A program made the translations under genes and the position numbers. From contig DASXRA010000210.1 in the NCBI GenBank assembly GCA_036506855.1, forward strand, positions 1 through 28,279: a DNA stretch of 28,279 nucleotides, in the 5' to 3' direction. Origin of the DNA: Jatrophihabitantaceae bacterium. GTDB taxonomy: Bacteria; Actinomycetota; Actinomycetes; Mycobacteriales; Jatrophihabitantaceae. Positions 1-8,867 of this stretch are shown in pieces. The notes under the pieces are model-generated. The model did not search any database, was not told the DNA's origin, and worked only from the letters and a program-made list of their open reading frames with translations. How positions within the stretch are numbered: position 1 is the stretch's first letter; each line of letters begins with the position of its first letter.

Positions 1-1296
1 CTCCGGGCTCCACAGGACGACCGCGTGGCCCTCGACGTCGATGCCGCGGCGTCCGGCCCGGCCGGTGAGCTGCGTGTACTCCCCCGGCGTGATGTCGGCG
101 TGGGTGTCGCCGTTGAACTTCGACAGCCGCTCGAGCACGACGGTGCGCGCCGGCATGTTGATGCCGAGAGCGAGCGTCTCCGTCGCGTAGACGACTCGCA
201 CGAGCCCTCGGTTGAACAGCTCCTCGACCGTCTCCTTGAACGCCGGGATCAGCCCGGCGTGATGCGCCGCCACGCCGCGCCGCAGCCCGTCGAGCCAGTC
301 CCAGTAACCGAGCACGTCGAGATCCTCGGCCGGGATGGCGCCGGTTCGTCGCTCGGCCACCGCCGTGATCTCGTCGCGCTCGTCCGGCTCGGTCAGCCAC
401 AGCCCGGACTGGACGCACTGCCGCACTGCGGCGTCACAGCCTGCCCGGCTGAAGATGAACGTGATCAGCGGCAGCAGCGCCTCGCGATCGAGGCGCGCGA
501 TGATGTCCGGCCGGTGCGGCGGGCGCCAGCCGCGCAGGGGCCGGCGACCACGCAGGCCCGGGTCGAGGTAGCGCATCCGCTCGGTGATGTACCGCTTCAA
601 CTCGGGGTCCACGGTCGACTGGTCCGCGGCGAACAGGTCGAACATGCGCGTGCCGACCAGCATGTGCTGCCACAGCGGCACCGGACGCGTCTCGTGCACC
701 ACGACCGTCGTGTTGCCGCGCACCGTGACCAGCCAGTCGCCGAACTCCTCGGCGTTGGACACCGTGGCCGACAGCGAGACCAGCCGCACCGACGCCGGCA
801 GGTGGATGATCACCTCTTCCCAGACGGCTCCCCGGAACCGGTCGCCGAGGTAGTGCACCTCGTCCATGACGACGTACCCGAGACCGGACACCGCCTCGCT
901 GCCCACGTAGAGCATGTTGCGCAGCACCTCGGTCGTCATGACGACGATCGGCGCGCCGGCGTTGACCGCGTTGTCGCCGGTCAGCAGGCCCACCGCGTCG
1001 GCGCCGTGCCGCTCGACCAGGTCGTTGTACTTCTGATTCGACAGCGCCTTGATCGGTGTCGTGTAGAAGCACTTCTGCCCGGACGCCAATGCGAGATGCA
1101 CCGCGAACTCGCCGACGACCGTCTTGCCGGCCCCGGTCGGCGCGCAGACGAGCACGCCGTGCCCGTCCTCGAGGGCGAGGCAGGCGTCGCGCTGGAAGGC
1201 GTCGAGCTCGAACGGGTACCCGAGGCGGAAGCTGTCGTATACCGGGTGCTGCGCCCGCCGCCGAGCGGCGGCGTACCGGTCGGCCGGCGCGGACAT
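1..1296 (-). CDS. helY: DEAD/DEAH-box helicase HelY (Ski2-like), 3' part runs off the window
   Basis: Hand translation from ATG at 1296: MSAPADRYAAARRRAQHPVY...CAPTGAGKT (Walker A)...TTPIKALSNQKY...VMDEVHY (DEVH)...SLSAT. Absent from the ORF track because its stop is outside the window. Usual position downstream of tatC. Confidence 0.93.
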   Translation of the reverse strand, partial: MSAPADRYAAARRRAQHPVYDSFRLGYPFELDAFQRDACLALEDGHGVLVCAPTGAGKTVVGEFAVHLALASGQKCFYTTPIKALSNQKYNDLVERHGADAVGLLTGDNAVNAGAPIVVMTTEVLRNMLYVGSEAVSGLGYVVMDEVHYLGDRFRGAVWEEVIIHLPASVRLVSLSATVSNAEEFGDWLVTVRGNTTVVVHETRPVPLWQHMLVGTRMFDLFAADQSTVDPELKRYITERMRYLDPGLRGRRPLRGWRPPHRPDIIARLDREALLPLITFIFSRAGCDAAVRQCVQSGLWLTEPDERDEITAVAERRTGAIPAEDLDVLGYWDWLDGLRRGVAAHHAGLIPAFKETVEELFNRGLVRVVYATETLALGINMPARTVVLERLSKFNGDTHADITPGEYTQLTGRAGRRGIDVEGHAVVLWSPE

Positions 1297-1303
1297 GGTG
1301 TCC

Positions 1304-1309
1304 AGCCTA
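1304..1309 (-). promoter_or_regulatory. -10 element TAGGCT, 7 nt before helY ATG (leaderless-type promoter)
   Basis: Minus strand reads TAGGCT-ggacacc-ATG, matching actinobacterial TANNNT at leaderless spacing. Confidence 0.65.
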
Positions 1310-1326
1310 CGTGCGAGGCTGAGGCG

Positions 1327-2042
1327 GTGATCGACCTCGACGCCGATGCCGTGCTGTTCGACCTCGACGGCACGCTCGTCGACTCCTCGGCCAGCGTGCT
1401 GCGTGCCTGGTATCGGGTTGGGGCAGCGTTAGCCATCCCGTTCGCCGAGTTCGAACCATACGTGCACGGCATCCCGGCGCCTGAGTCTTCGCTCTGGTCG
1501 CGCCGGATCTCGCACCGGCGGATGTACGCGACATGACCGAGCAGATGCTTGCCGCCCAGGCGCTCGACCGCGACATACGGGCCACGCCGGGCGCTCTCGC
1601 GGCACTGGGGGCCTTGCCGGCCGACCGCTGGGCGATCGTCACCAGTGGCGACCGGCGCCTCGCCTCGGCCCGGATCGCCACTGCCGGCCTGCCCGCGCCG
1701 CGCGTACTGGTCACGTCCGACGACGTCGACGACGGCAAGCCCGACCCCGCGTGTTACCTGCTGGCCGCGGCCAAGTGCGGCGCCGAACCGGCACGCTGCC
1801 TGGTGATCGAGGACGCTCCGGCAGGCGTGGCCGCCGGGCGCGCGGCGGGCATGGCCGTGCTCGGGCTATTGACGACGTACCCCGAACTGGACGCTCCGTA
1901 TCTGGCGGCCGATCTGCGCGACGTGCACCTGCGGGCGACCGGGCGGGGCGTCAGGGCCTCGATCGATGCGGCGCCAAGCCACGGCCGACCACGCCGGGCG
2001 GCACCAGCACGCCGATCGCCGCGGGGACGCACGTCGTCGTGA
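1327..2042 (+). pseudogene. HAD-IA family phosphatase split by a 1-nt frameshift near 1484 (pseudogene or sequencing error)
   Basis: GTG at 1327 gives FDLDGTLVDS (motif I) in one frame. IVTSG, KPDP and VIEDAPAG (motifs II-IV) lie in the 1533..2042 frame, which is open back to 1485. Adding one G in cctGAG|TC (to cct gag gtc) joins the two. Confidence 0.8.
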
Positions 2043-2895
2043 TGGGCAGCGGACCGAGGCGCTCTCCGTCGGCGTACGCGACGGTGTCCGCGGCTTCGAT
2101 CGAGACCGTGCACGCCTCGTAGGTCGCCACCGCCGGATGCCCGATGTGGCCGGCGTGCGGCAGCTTCGGTGCCATCCGGGCCAGCGTGCGGCGGCTGACC
2201 GGCCCGACGACGGTCACCGCGAAATTGCCGCCGTGCATCCGCCCGTCCGGCGTCATCAGCTTGCCGCCGCCGTACTGCGGGGCGTTCCCGACGGCGATCA
2301 GCGTCGCCAGCACGTCCTGCCGCTCGCCGTCGAAGGTCACCGTGAACGGACGCGCGCGCAGGCGAAGCATCTCGGCAATGATCGCGACGTCGTAGCGGCG
2401 TGGGCCGCGTGGCCAGCGCATCCGGTTGGCTCGCTCGTTCACCGCCGAGTCGAACCCGGCGCACAGGATGGTCGCCCACCACGTTCCGCTGTCGGTTCGT
2501 CCCAGGTCGACCTGGTGCACCGACGAGGCGTCCAGCGCGTCCAGCATCGCGTCTGCGGCCTTGAGCGGGTCCGCGGGAAGCCCGACTGTGTCGGCGATGT
2601 CGTTGCCGGTACCGCCGGGAATGATGCCGAGCGGTGTCTCGCCGCCGGCGAGAGCCTGCAGCGCGAGGTGCACCGCGCCGTCACCGCCGAGGACGGCCAC
2701 CGCGTCGTACCCGCTCGCGACCGACCGCAGCAACTGCAAGCACTCGACGGCCGACGTGCCGGCGAACGACGTGACCTCGGCCCGGGTGCCCAGCCGCTGC
2801 AGCACGGTGTCGGCCAACCCGCGTGCCCGCCCCACTCCTGATGCCGGGTTGACCACCAGGGCGATGCGGTGCCGGCTCAGGTCGTCTCCGTCCAC
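1951..2895 (-). CDS. Diacylglycerol kinase family lipid kinase (YegS/Rv2252/BmrU type)
   Basis: VNPASG, LGGDGAVH, IPGGTGNDIA, GFDSAV and GGG motifs; usual neighbour of tatC/helY. Confidence 0.9.
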   Translation of the reverse strand: MDGDDLSRHRIALVVNPASGVGRARGLADTVLQRLGTRAEVTSFAGTSAVECLQLLRSVASGYDAVAVLGGDGAVHLALQALAGGETPLGIIPGGTGNDIADTVGLPADPLKAADAMLDALDASSVHQVDLGRTDSGTWWATILCAGFDSAVNERANRMRWPRGPRRYDVAIIAEMLRLRARPFTVTFDGERQDVLATLIAVGNAPQYGGGKLMTPDGRMHGGNFAVTVVGPVSRRTLARMAPKLPHAGHIGHPAVATYEACTVSIEAADTVAYADGERLGPLPITTTCVPAAIGVLVPPGVVGRGLAPHRSRP

Positions 2896-3761
2896 GGCTC
2901 GTCGAGGCCGCGCGGGATCGGGTCGATCCGGGACGGCACGTCGGCGTCCAGGTCGGCCAGCCGCGCTTCTTCCGCCTTGCGCCGGGCCTTTCGCCGGTCA
3001 TGGAAGACGGCGAACAGCACCGAACCCTCGAACAGGAGGCACATCGGCGCGGCCATTGCGATCATCGTGAACGGGTCGGTGCTCGGCGTCGCTACCGCCG
3101 CGAACAGGAAGATCAGGAAGATCCCGACCCGTTGCGACTTGACCAGCCACCGCGCAGGCAGCACGCCGACCATGTTCGCCATGACCACGATCAGCGGCAG
3201 CTCGAACGACACCCCGAAGATGATCAGCATGAGCGTGAGGAACGACAGGTAGCTGTCGATGGTCAGCAGCGCCTGGGTTCCGCTGCCGGCGGCACCGAGG
3301 AGGAACCGAAGACCCTTCGATACCACTGCGTAGGCAAGCGCGACGCCGGTCGCGAAGAGCACCGTCGACGCGACGATGAATGCGATCGTGTACTTGCGCT
3401 CGTTCTTGCGCAGGCCGGGCGTGATGAATGCCCAGATCTGGTAGAGCCACAGCGGTCCGGTGAGGACGGCTCCGGCGATGAACGACACCTTGAGCCGGGT
3501 CGTGAAGCCGGCCAACACCTGGCTGTAGATCAGGTGGCACGTCCCGTCGCTGCTCTGGAAGCGGTGGTTAGCCGGCACCGAGCAGTACGGATGCTCCAGG
3601 AAGCGCAGGATCGGGTCGTAGAAGATGTAGCCCACGACCGCTCCCCCGGCGATGATGAGCAGCGCGACAATGATCCGGTGCCGCAACTCGCGCAGGTGGT
3701 CGATCACCGACATGCGACCTTCTGGGTCGCGGTGACGTCGTAGCCGCAGCTTCAGGCGCAC
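2877..3761 (-). CDS. tatC: Twin-arginine translocase subunit TatC
   Basis: MSVIDHLRELRHR, QIWAFITPGLRKNERKY, FELP, AVATPSTDPFTM. Start moved to GTG 3761, 7 nt after the upstream stop. Confidence 0.95.
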   Translation of the reverse strand: MRLKLRLRRHRDPEGRMSVIDHLRELRHRIIVALLIIAGGAVVGYIFYDPILRFLEHPYCSVPANHRFQSSDGTCHLIYSQVLAGFTTRLKVSFIAGAVLTGPLWLYQIWAFITPGLRKNERKYTIAFIVASTVLFATGVALAYAVVSKGLRFLLGAAGSGTQALLTIDSYLSFLTLMLIIFGVSFELPLIVVMANMVGVLPARWLVKSQRVGIFLIFLFAAVATPSTDPFTMIAMAAPMCLLFEGSVLFAVFHDRRKARRKAEEARLADLDADVPSRIDPIPRGLDEPWTETT

Positions 3762-3768
3762 AGCCGGC

Positions 3769-3975
3769 TCACTTGCCCGGACGAGCCGGCAGTCGGCGTT
3801 GCGCGGCGGCGAGGCGCTGCTGCAACGATGCAAGTTCGTCGCGCATCGTCAGCAGGTCGCGCAGATCCTTCGACAGCCGCTTGGACTTCCAGGCCAGCTC
3901 GTACCCGCAGGCGCCGAGCACGACGACGGCGACGAGCACTGCGATACCCCACGCGAGGCCGACCAGCCAGGACAC
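3769..3975 (-). CDS. Small single-pass membrane protein (68 aa) between pafC and tatC; not TatA
   Basis: GTG at 3975: MSWLVGLAWGIAVLVAVVVLGACGYELAWKSKRLSKDLRDL...; one TM helix plus an amphipathic helix; fits tightly between the pafC stop and the tatC start. Confidence 0.7.
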   Translation of the reverse strand: MSWLVGLAWGIAVLVAVVVLGACGYELAWKSKRLSKDLRDLLTMRDELASLQQRLAAAQRRLPARPGK

Positions 3976-3985
3976 GCGCCGAACT

Positions 3986-4936
3986 CTACTGGCCGGAATA
4001 TGCCGCCAGCGCCGAGAGCGCCTCGTCGCGGATCGACTCCGCCAGCCACTCCGGCGACAGCACTTCGACGTGCCCGGCCGAGCCCAGCGCAAGCGCCCGC
4101 ACCCAGGCCGGATCGGCGACGCGCACGCTGATCCGGCGCCGCCCGTCGGGCTCGACCGTCTCGCTGTCGCTCAGGTAGTAGTCGGCGACCCACGCATAGG
4201 CCGGGTCGACGCGCAGCACGGCGAGCAGGTGTTCCGGTGCCGGCGTGAAGACGCCCTCGCTCAGGTCGCGCAGCTCGGCGTCCGGTGGCGGGTTCGCCGC
4301 CTCGTCCAGGACATCGGCCTTGTCGATGCGGTCGACGCGGAACACGCGCATGCCCTCGGCGCGGCGACACCATGCCTCGAGGTAGGCGCGCCCGTCCATC
4401 TCGAAGAGCCGCATCGGGTCGACGACGCGATCGGTGGTCTCGTCGCGGGTGGCGGTGTAGTACCGCAGCGCGAGAGCACGCCCCTTGTCGATCGCGCCCT
4501 GCAGCACCGGGATCAACGCGGACACGCGGTCGAGCTGCACCGCGACGGTCTCGGCGTCGACCGAGCCGCTCGCCGCGGACTCGACCTTCGCCAGTGCACG
4601 CTCGACGGCGTCGCGGTCAGTGACACCCGGCATCTCGGCGAGCGTGCGCAGGGCCACGACGAGCGGCAGCGCCTCCTCGGCGGTGAGCCTCAGCGGACGC
4701 GACATGCCGGCGTCGAAGATCACCGAGACCGAGTCGCCGTCGAAGGACAGGTCGATCAGGTCGCCCGGACTGTGACCGGGCAGCCCGCACATCCACAACA
4801 GCTGCAGGTCGCGACGCAGCTGATCTTCGGTGATTCCGAAGTCGGCCGCCGCCTGCTCGATCGCGACACCGTCGTGCGCCTGCAGGTAAGGGACGAGAGC
4901 GAGCAGGCGGGGCAGCCGCTCGCGTTCTCCGGTCAT
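3986..4936 (-). CDS. pafC: WYL-domain transcriptional regulator PafC
   Basis: MTGERERLPRLLALVPYL..., LWMCGLPGHSPGDLIDLSF, AYLEAWC, FRVDRI; ATGA overlap with the pafB stop. Confidence 0.93.
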   Translation of the reverse strand: MTGERERLPRLLALVPYLQAHDGVAIEQAAADFGITEDQLRRDLQLLWMCGLPGHSPGDLIDLSFDGDSVSVIFDAGMSRPLRLTAEEALPLVVALRTLAEMPGVTDRDAVERALAKVESAASGSVDAETVAVQLDRVSALIPVLQGAIDKGRALALRYYTATRDETTDRVVDPMRLFEMDGRAYLEAWCRRAEGMRVFRVDRIDKADVLDEAANPPPDAELRDLSEGVFTPAPEHLLAVLRVDPAYAWVADYYLSDSETVEPDGRRRISVRVADPAWVRALALGSAGHVEVLSPEWLAESIRDEALSALAAYSGQ

Positions 4937-5904
4937 GATGAGCCGGCAGCCGCGGGCACGACGCCGGCCACGGCTTGCAGGCGGGCGTGCACGGCGTCGG
5001 CCAGATCGGGCGGGTCGAGCACGCGTGCACCGGCCCCGGCGCTTGCCGCGGCCCGGGCGAGCCAGGTCAGGTCGTTGAACGGGACGGTCAGCACGCCGTC
5101 GGCCTCGCTCGTGGCGTACCGGCGCAGCTGACCGCCATGGCCGGTGACCTGGATATGCGCCACACGCGCTTCGTCGGGGGTTCGGCCGGCGACGTAACCG
5201 AGCAGGTCGACGTTCTCCGGACGCTCGAAGCCGCCGCTCTTCCGGTCGAGGGTGACCGCGCCCTGCACGCGCGAGAGGCGGAAGCTGCGCACGTCGTCGC
5301 GGTCGCGGTCGTACCCGACGACGTACCAGCGCCGCCGCCACGACAGCACGCCCCACGGCTCGACATTGCGCCGCTCGGGACTGCCCGACCCGGACTTGAG
5401 GTAGTCGAAGCGGACGGCCCGCGCGTGCCGTGCCGCCTCGAGGAACGTGGGCAGGGTCGGCTCGCTCGCATCGACGTGCGGCATGGTGGCGTTGCCGGAT
5501 GCCGACTCGACGTCGGTGCCGCCGGCCCGCAGCTTGATCAGGGCACTGCGCGCGGACGCGCCGAGCGTGGCGGACTGCCACAGCCGCGCGGCCAGGCCGA
5601 CCGCGGCGGCCTCCGCCGGGTCGAACTCGATCGCGGGCAGCTCGTACTTGCGGCGCGTGATGCGATACCCGTCCTCGGCGTCGAAGACGCTGTTTCGCCC
5701 GGTTTCGAGTGGAACGCCTAGGTCGCGCAGTTCAGCCTTGTCGCGCTCGAACATCCGCTTGAACGCCTCGTCGGTGCGCGGATCACCGTCCGCCGGTTCG
5801 TAGCCGGGCACCACGTCGCGGATGCGCTCGGCGGTCAGGAACTGGCGGGTGGACAGCAGGCAGATGACCAGGTTGACCAACCGTTCAGCCCGTCGCGCCG
5901 CCAT
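4933..5904 (-). CDS. pafB: WYL-domain transcriptional regulator PafB
   Basis: MAARRAERLVNLVICLL, FKRMFERDKAELRDLG, RWYVVG, RSFRLSR. Real start is ATG 5904; the 769-aa track ORF is an over-extension. Confidence 0.93.
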   Translation of the reverse strand: MAARRAERLVNLVICLLSTRQFLTAERIRDVVPGYEPADGDPRTDEAFKRMFERDKAELRDLGVPLETGRNSVFDAEDGYRITRRKYELPAIEFDPAEAAAVGLAARLWQSATLGASARSALIKLRAGGTDVESASGNATMPHVDASEPTLPTFLEAARHARAVRFDYLKSGSGSPERRNVEPWGVLSWRRRWYVVGYDRDRDDVRSFRLSRVQGAVTLDRKSGGFERPENVDLLGYVAGRTPDEARVAHIQVTGHGGQLRRYATSEADGVLTVPFNDLTWLARAAASAGAGARVLDPPDLADAVHARLQAVAGVVPAAAGSS

Positions 5905-6030
5905 GTCCTCGAAACTAATGTGCGCCCGGGCACGCCGTGCGGCGGCTCGCCCACCCGACACGAGCTGGCTTGTCATAGTCCGATCATTGCTGATCCTGGG
6001 CCGATTGCGCACTGCGGTTAAGGTGCCGGG

Positions 6031-7101
6031 GTGATCCGGTGGCGAAGCGGCACGGTGCTCGACGTGCGGCGCGAGTGGCCCGGCGTGCGCGAGGTGGGCG
6101 TTGACGTGCCCGCGGACGGGATGGTGCCCGCCCTGGCGTACGTGGCCCTCGTCGGCGCGCCCGAGCCGGGCGATCGGGTCGTGCTGAACACGACCGCGCT
6201 CGCGATGGGCCTCGGCACCGGCGGGCACGCGCTGGTCGTGGCGCTGCCGGACCGGCTGCCCCCCGACGCGCCGGGGCCAGGGCACATCGTCAAGGCGCGC
6301 TACACACCCGCCCAGGCGACCGTGCTCGGGGTGGACGAGCCCGCCTCCCCGCACCACGCGGAGATCACGGCCGCGACGTCGATCGACCGCATGCCCGTCG
6401 TCGTGGCCGACCTGCACTCCGCGCTCGGCGCGATCCTGGCCGGGATCCGTGCCGATGCGCCGGAGGCCCGGGTGGCCTACGTGCTGACCGACGGCGGCGC
6501 GCTGCCGCTGTGGTACTCCCATACCGTCGCGGCGCTGCGCCCGCTGCTCTGCGGCACGGTCACCACCGGGCAGTCCTTCGGCGGCGACCTGGAGGCCGTG
6601 ACGGTGCATACCGGGCTGCTCGCGGCGCGGCACGTCCTGCGGGCCGACATCGCCGTCGTGACGCAGGGGCCGGGCAATCTGGGCACCGGCACGCCGTGGG
6701 GCTTCTCCGGCGTGGCCGCCGGCGAGGTCGTGAACGCGGTGGCGGTGCTCGGCGGCCGGCCCGTTGGCGCGCTGCGGCTCTCTGACGCCGACCCCCGCGA
6801 ACGCCATCGCGGCGTGTCGCATCACGCGCTCACCGCGTTCGGCCGGGTGGCCATGGCCCCAGCCGATCTCGTGGTGCCGGCCGGCCTCGAACCGGCCCTG
6901 GCCCGGGCCGTCGCGGACGACCTCGCCCCACTCGGCGGCCGGCACCGCATCATCACCGTCCAGGTTGACGGGTTGGACGCGGCGCTGCGCAGCCTGCCGG
7001 TCGCCTTGTCGACGATGGGCCGCGGCTTGGACGAGGACTACGCCTACTTCGTGGCGGCCGCCGCCGCCGGCCGCCACGCTGCGATGCTCATGCCGGTTTG
7101 A
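6031..7101 (+). CDS. DUF3866 family protein
   Basis: MIRWRSGTV..., GHIVKARYTP, VADLHS, QGPGNLGTGTPWGFSG, RERHRGVSHH; conserved divergent neighbour of pafB. TAAGGT lies 6 nt before the GTG. Confidence 0.85.
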   Translation: MIRWRSGTVLDVRREWPGVREVGVDVPADGMVPALAYVALVGAPEPGDRVVLNTTALAMGLGTGGHALVVALPDRLPPDAPGPGHIVKARYTPAQATVLGVDEPASPHHAEITAATSIDRMPVVVADLHSALGAILAGIRADAPEARVAYVLTDGGALPLWYSHTVAALRPLLCGTVTTGQSFGGDLEAVTVHTGLLAARHVLRADIAVVTQGPGNLGTGTPWGFSGVAAGEVVNAVAVLGGRPVGALRLSDADPRERHRGVSHHALTAFGRVAMAPADLVVPAGLEPALARAVADDLAPLGGRHRIITVQVDGLDAALRSLPVALSTMGRGLDEDYAYFVAAAAAGRHAAMLMPV

Positions 7102-8431
7102 AGTCGACGTGCGTCGTGAGCCGCCGGTAGCCCAGCTGCTCGTAGAGCGGGGCCATGCTGTCGGCGCAATGCAGCCAGGCGAGCCCCGCCTGGCGCACGG
7201 CATATGACGTGGCCGCTGCAGACATGAGCCGGCCCAGGCCACGGCCTCGGCGCTCCGGCAGCACCGTGACCGCGGAGACGTAGGCGGTGCCGCCGGTCTG
7301 CGTCACGCGGGCACAGGCCACCGCGCGGCCCTGCTCGCGCAGAATCAGGAACGCCCGACCGGGCCGGCCGATCTGCCCGGTGAGGAGCGGGGCGAGGTCG
7401 TCGCCGAACACCGAGACGAACTCGGCGGCGTCGGCGGCATCGCCGATGTCGACGCCGTCCGGCGTGCGCAAATACGGCCGGCGATCGGTGATCCAGACGC
7501 CGAGCTCGAGTGCCGGGACGAGCCCCGCGCCTGCCAGGCCGCCGCGCTGCTCGTCCCGCACGCGCACCTGCCACGAACCGGGACGCCTCGCCGCCAACCA
7601 GTCGAGCACAGCGCCGAGCTCGTCCGGCGCGGGCAGGTCGGCACGTCCCGTCAGCGCCGCCTGCGTCGCCCACGGAGCGTCGATGTCGAAGCTTGCGCAC
7701 GGCACGCCGTGTATGTCGGCGGCGATCGCGGCGCCATCGGCAGATGCCTGCAGCCAGTGCTCCGCCGCCCGCCCGACGAGGTCGATGAGATCACCCGGAT
7801 GTGGGGCACGGTCCGGATCGCCGGGCCATCGCACGAGCGTCCACGCATGGCTGTCGACACTGAGCTCCGCGACACCGCAGTTCGGGATCGGATGCTCTCG
7901 CGCGAGGTGGTCGACGACATCGGACGCGCACCGCGGCAGAGCTAGACGCATCGCGCCGCCGTGGCTCACGACCACCACCGTCTCGCCGCGATGCGTGTCG
8001 GCGACCTCGTGCAGCGCCTGCCGCATCCGCGCGACCACCGCGTCGCCTGTCTCGCCACCGTCGATGCCGGCCGGCAGATCGCCGTCGAACCAGCGCAGGA
8101 ATGTCGTGTCGACCTGCGCCCAGTCCTCGTCGGCCTCGCTGCCTTCGTGCCGGCCCATGCTGACCTCGCGGACGCCGTCGAGCGTGCCGAGCCCGACACC
8201 GAACGCCGCCGCGAGCAGCTCACCGGTCTGCTGCGCGCGCAGTAGCGGCGAGGCGTACACGTGGGCGATCTTGTGTGCGCGCAACCGCTCGGCCACCGCG
8301 GCCACCTGGCCTCGTCCGCGCTCGGTCAGCGGTTCGCCCGGTGCCGCGGAGGTGAGCCGCCGCCCGAGGTTGCCCTCGCTCTCGCCGTGGCGCACCACCA
8401 GAATCGTTGCGGGGCACTGCAGGTCGGTCAC
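7088..8431 (-). CDS. Histidine phosphatase (phosphoglycerate mutase-like) fused to a C-terminal GNAT acetyltransferase
   Basis: N-terminal VRHGES, YASPLLRAQQT and VSHGG; C-terminal VTVLPERRGRGLG (acetyl-CoA motif A) and PLYEQLGY. One uninterrupted 447-codon frame. Confidence 0.85.
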   Translation of the reverse strand: MTDLQCPATILVVRHGESEGNLGRRLTSAAPGEPLTERGRGQVAAVAERLRAHKIAHVYASPLLRAQQTGELLAAAFGVGLGTLDGVREVSMGRHEGSEADEDWAQVDTTFLRWFDGDLPAGIDGGETGDAVVARMRQALHEVADTHRGETVVVVSHGGAMRLALPRCASDVVDHLAREHPIPNCGVAELSVDSHAWTLVRWPGDPDRAPHPGDLIDLVGRAAEHWLQASADGAAIAADIHGVPCASFDIDAPWATQAALTGRADLPAPDELGAVLDWLAARRPGSWQVRVRDEQRGGLAGAGLVPALELGVWITDRRPYLRTPDGVDIGDAADAAEFVSVFGDDLAPLLTGQIGRPGRAFLILREQGRAVACARVTQTGGTAYVSAVTVLPERRGRGLGRLMSAAATSYAVRQAGLAWLHCADSMAPLYEQLGYRRLTTHVDFKPA

Positions 8432-8437
8432 CGCATC

Positions 8438-8460
8438 ACAGTAAAGCGAGTCACCGACAA
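8438..8460 (-). promoter_or_regulatory. PafBC-dependent (RecA-NDp) promoter, leaderless-type
   Basis: Minus strand tTGTCGGtg-actcgctt-TACTGT-gatgcg-GTG(8431): exact TGTCGG-N10-TA-N3-T. Confidence 0.8.
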
Positions 8461-8473
8461 GGCGACATGCCGC

Positions 8474-8857
8474 CTATCCCTCGCCGATGTCGTCCGCACC
8501 CGGCGGTGTCGGCACGCCGCGCCACCGTGCCTCTGCCTGCTCGTCGAGCCCGGTGAGTTCGTTCGCGACCTCGGACGGAATGCTCGGCTCGTCGCTCGGC
8601 AGCTTCTCGATGCGGCCGATGTCGAGCCACCTGCGCATCAGCCCGGCGGCGCGCTCTTCGTCGATCTCGACCGTCTCGTCCCACGACCCTTGGTACTTCT
8701 GCTTGTAGAGGATGTCGCTGTGCACCCAGTCGCCGGATCGCAGCAACATCTCGGCGCGCGCGACGCGAGCGCCGACCGGAAGGCGGATCAACCCGGCCTT
8801 GCCGTCGTCGGCCAATTCCGGGGTGTCACCGGACAGGTAGTACTGCCATCGCGTCAT
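8474..8857 (-). CDS. Putative immunity protein (127 aa) for the upstream toxin
   Basis: ATG 8857 with GAGG upstream, 10 nt after the toxin stop: MTRWQYYLSG...GLIRL...AEMLLRSGDWVHSD...VEIDEERAAGLMRRW. Small, acidic and directly downstream of the toxin. Confidence 0.65.
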   Translation of the reverse strand: MTRWQYYLSGDTPELADDGKAGLIRLPVGARVARAEMLLRSGDWVHSDILYKQKYQGSWDETVEIDEERAAGLMRRWLDIGRIEKLPSDEPSIPSEVANELTGLDEQAEARWRGVPTPPGADDIGEG

Positions 8858-8867
8858 CGATATCGCC

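Noticed and set aside
25-1326. 503-aa plus-strand ORF 25..1536
   Set aside because: Antisense shadow of helY; only the part from GTG 1327 is a real (HAD) gene.
3769-3975. Calling the small ORF tatA
   Set aside because: Lacks the TatA signature (G..E, FG..KLP).
5954-5959. TGTCGG upstream of pafB as a PafBC autoregulatory site
   Set aside because: No TA at +10; the spacing to TAGTTT is far too long.
5905-7242. N-terminal extension making PafB 769 aa
   Set aside because: Overlaps DUF3866 on the opposite strand; PafB homology begins at ATG 5904, which has its own -10 and GAGGA.
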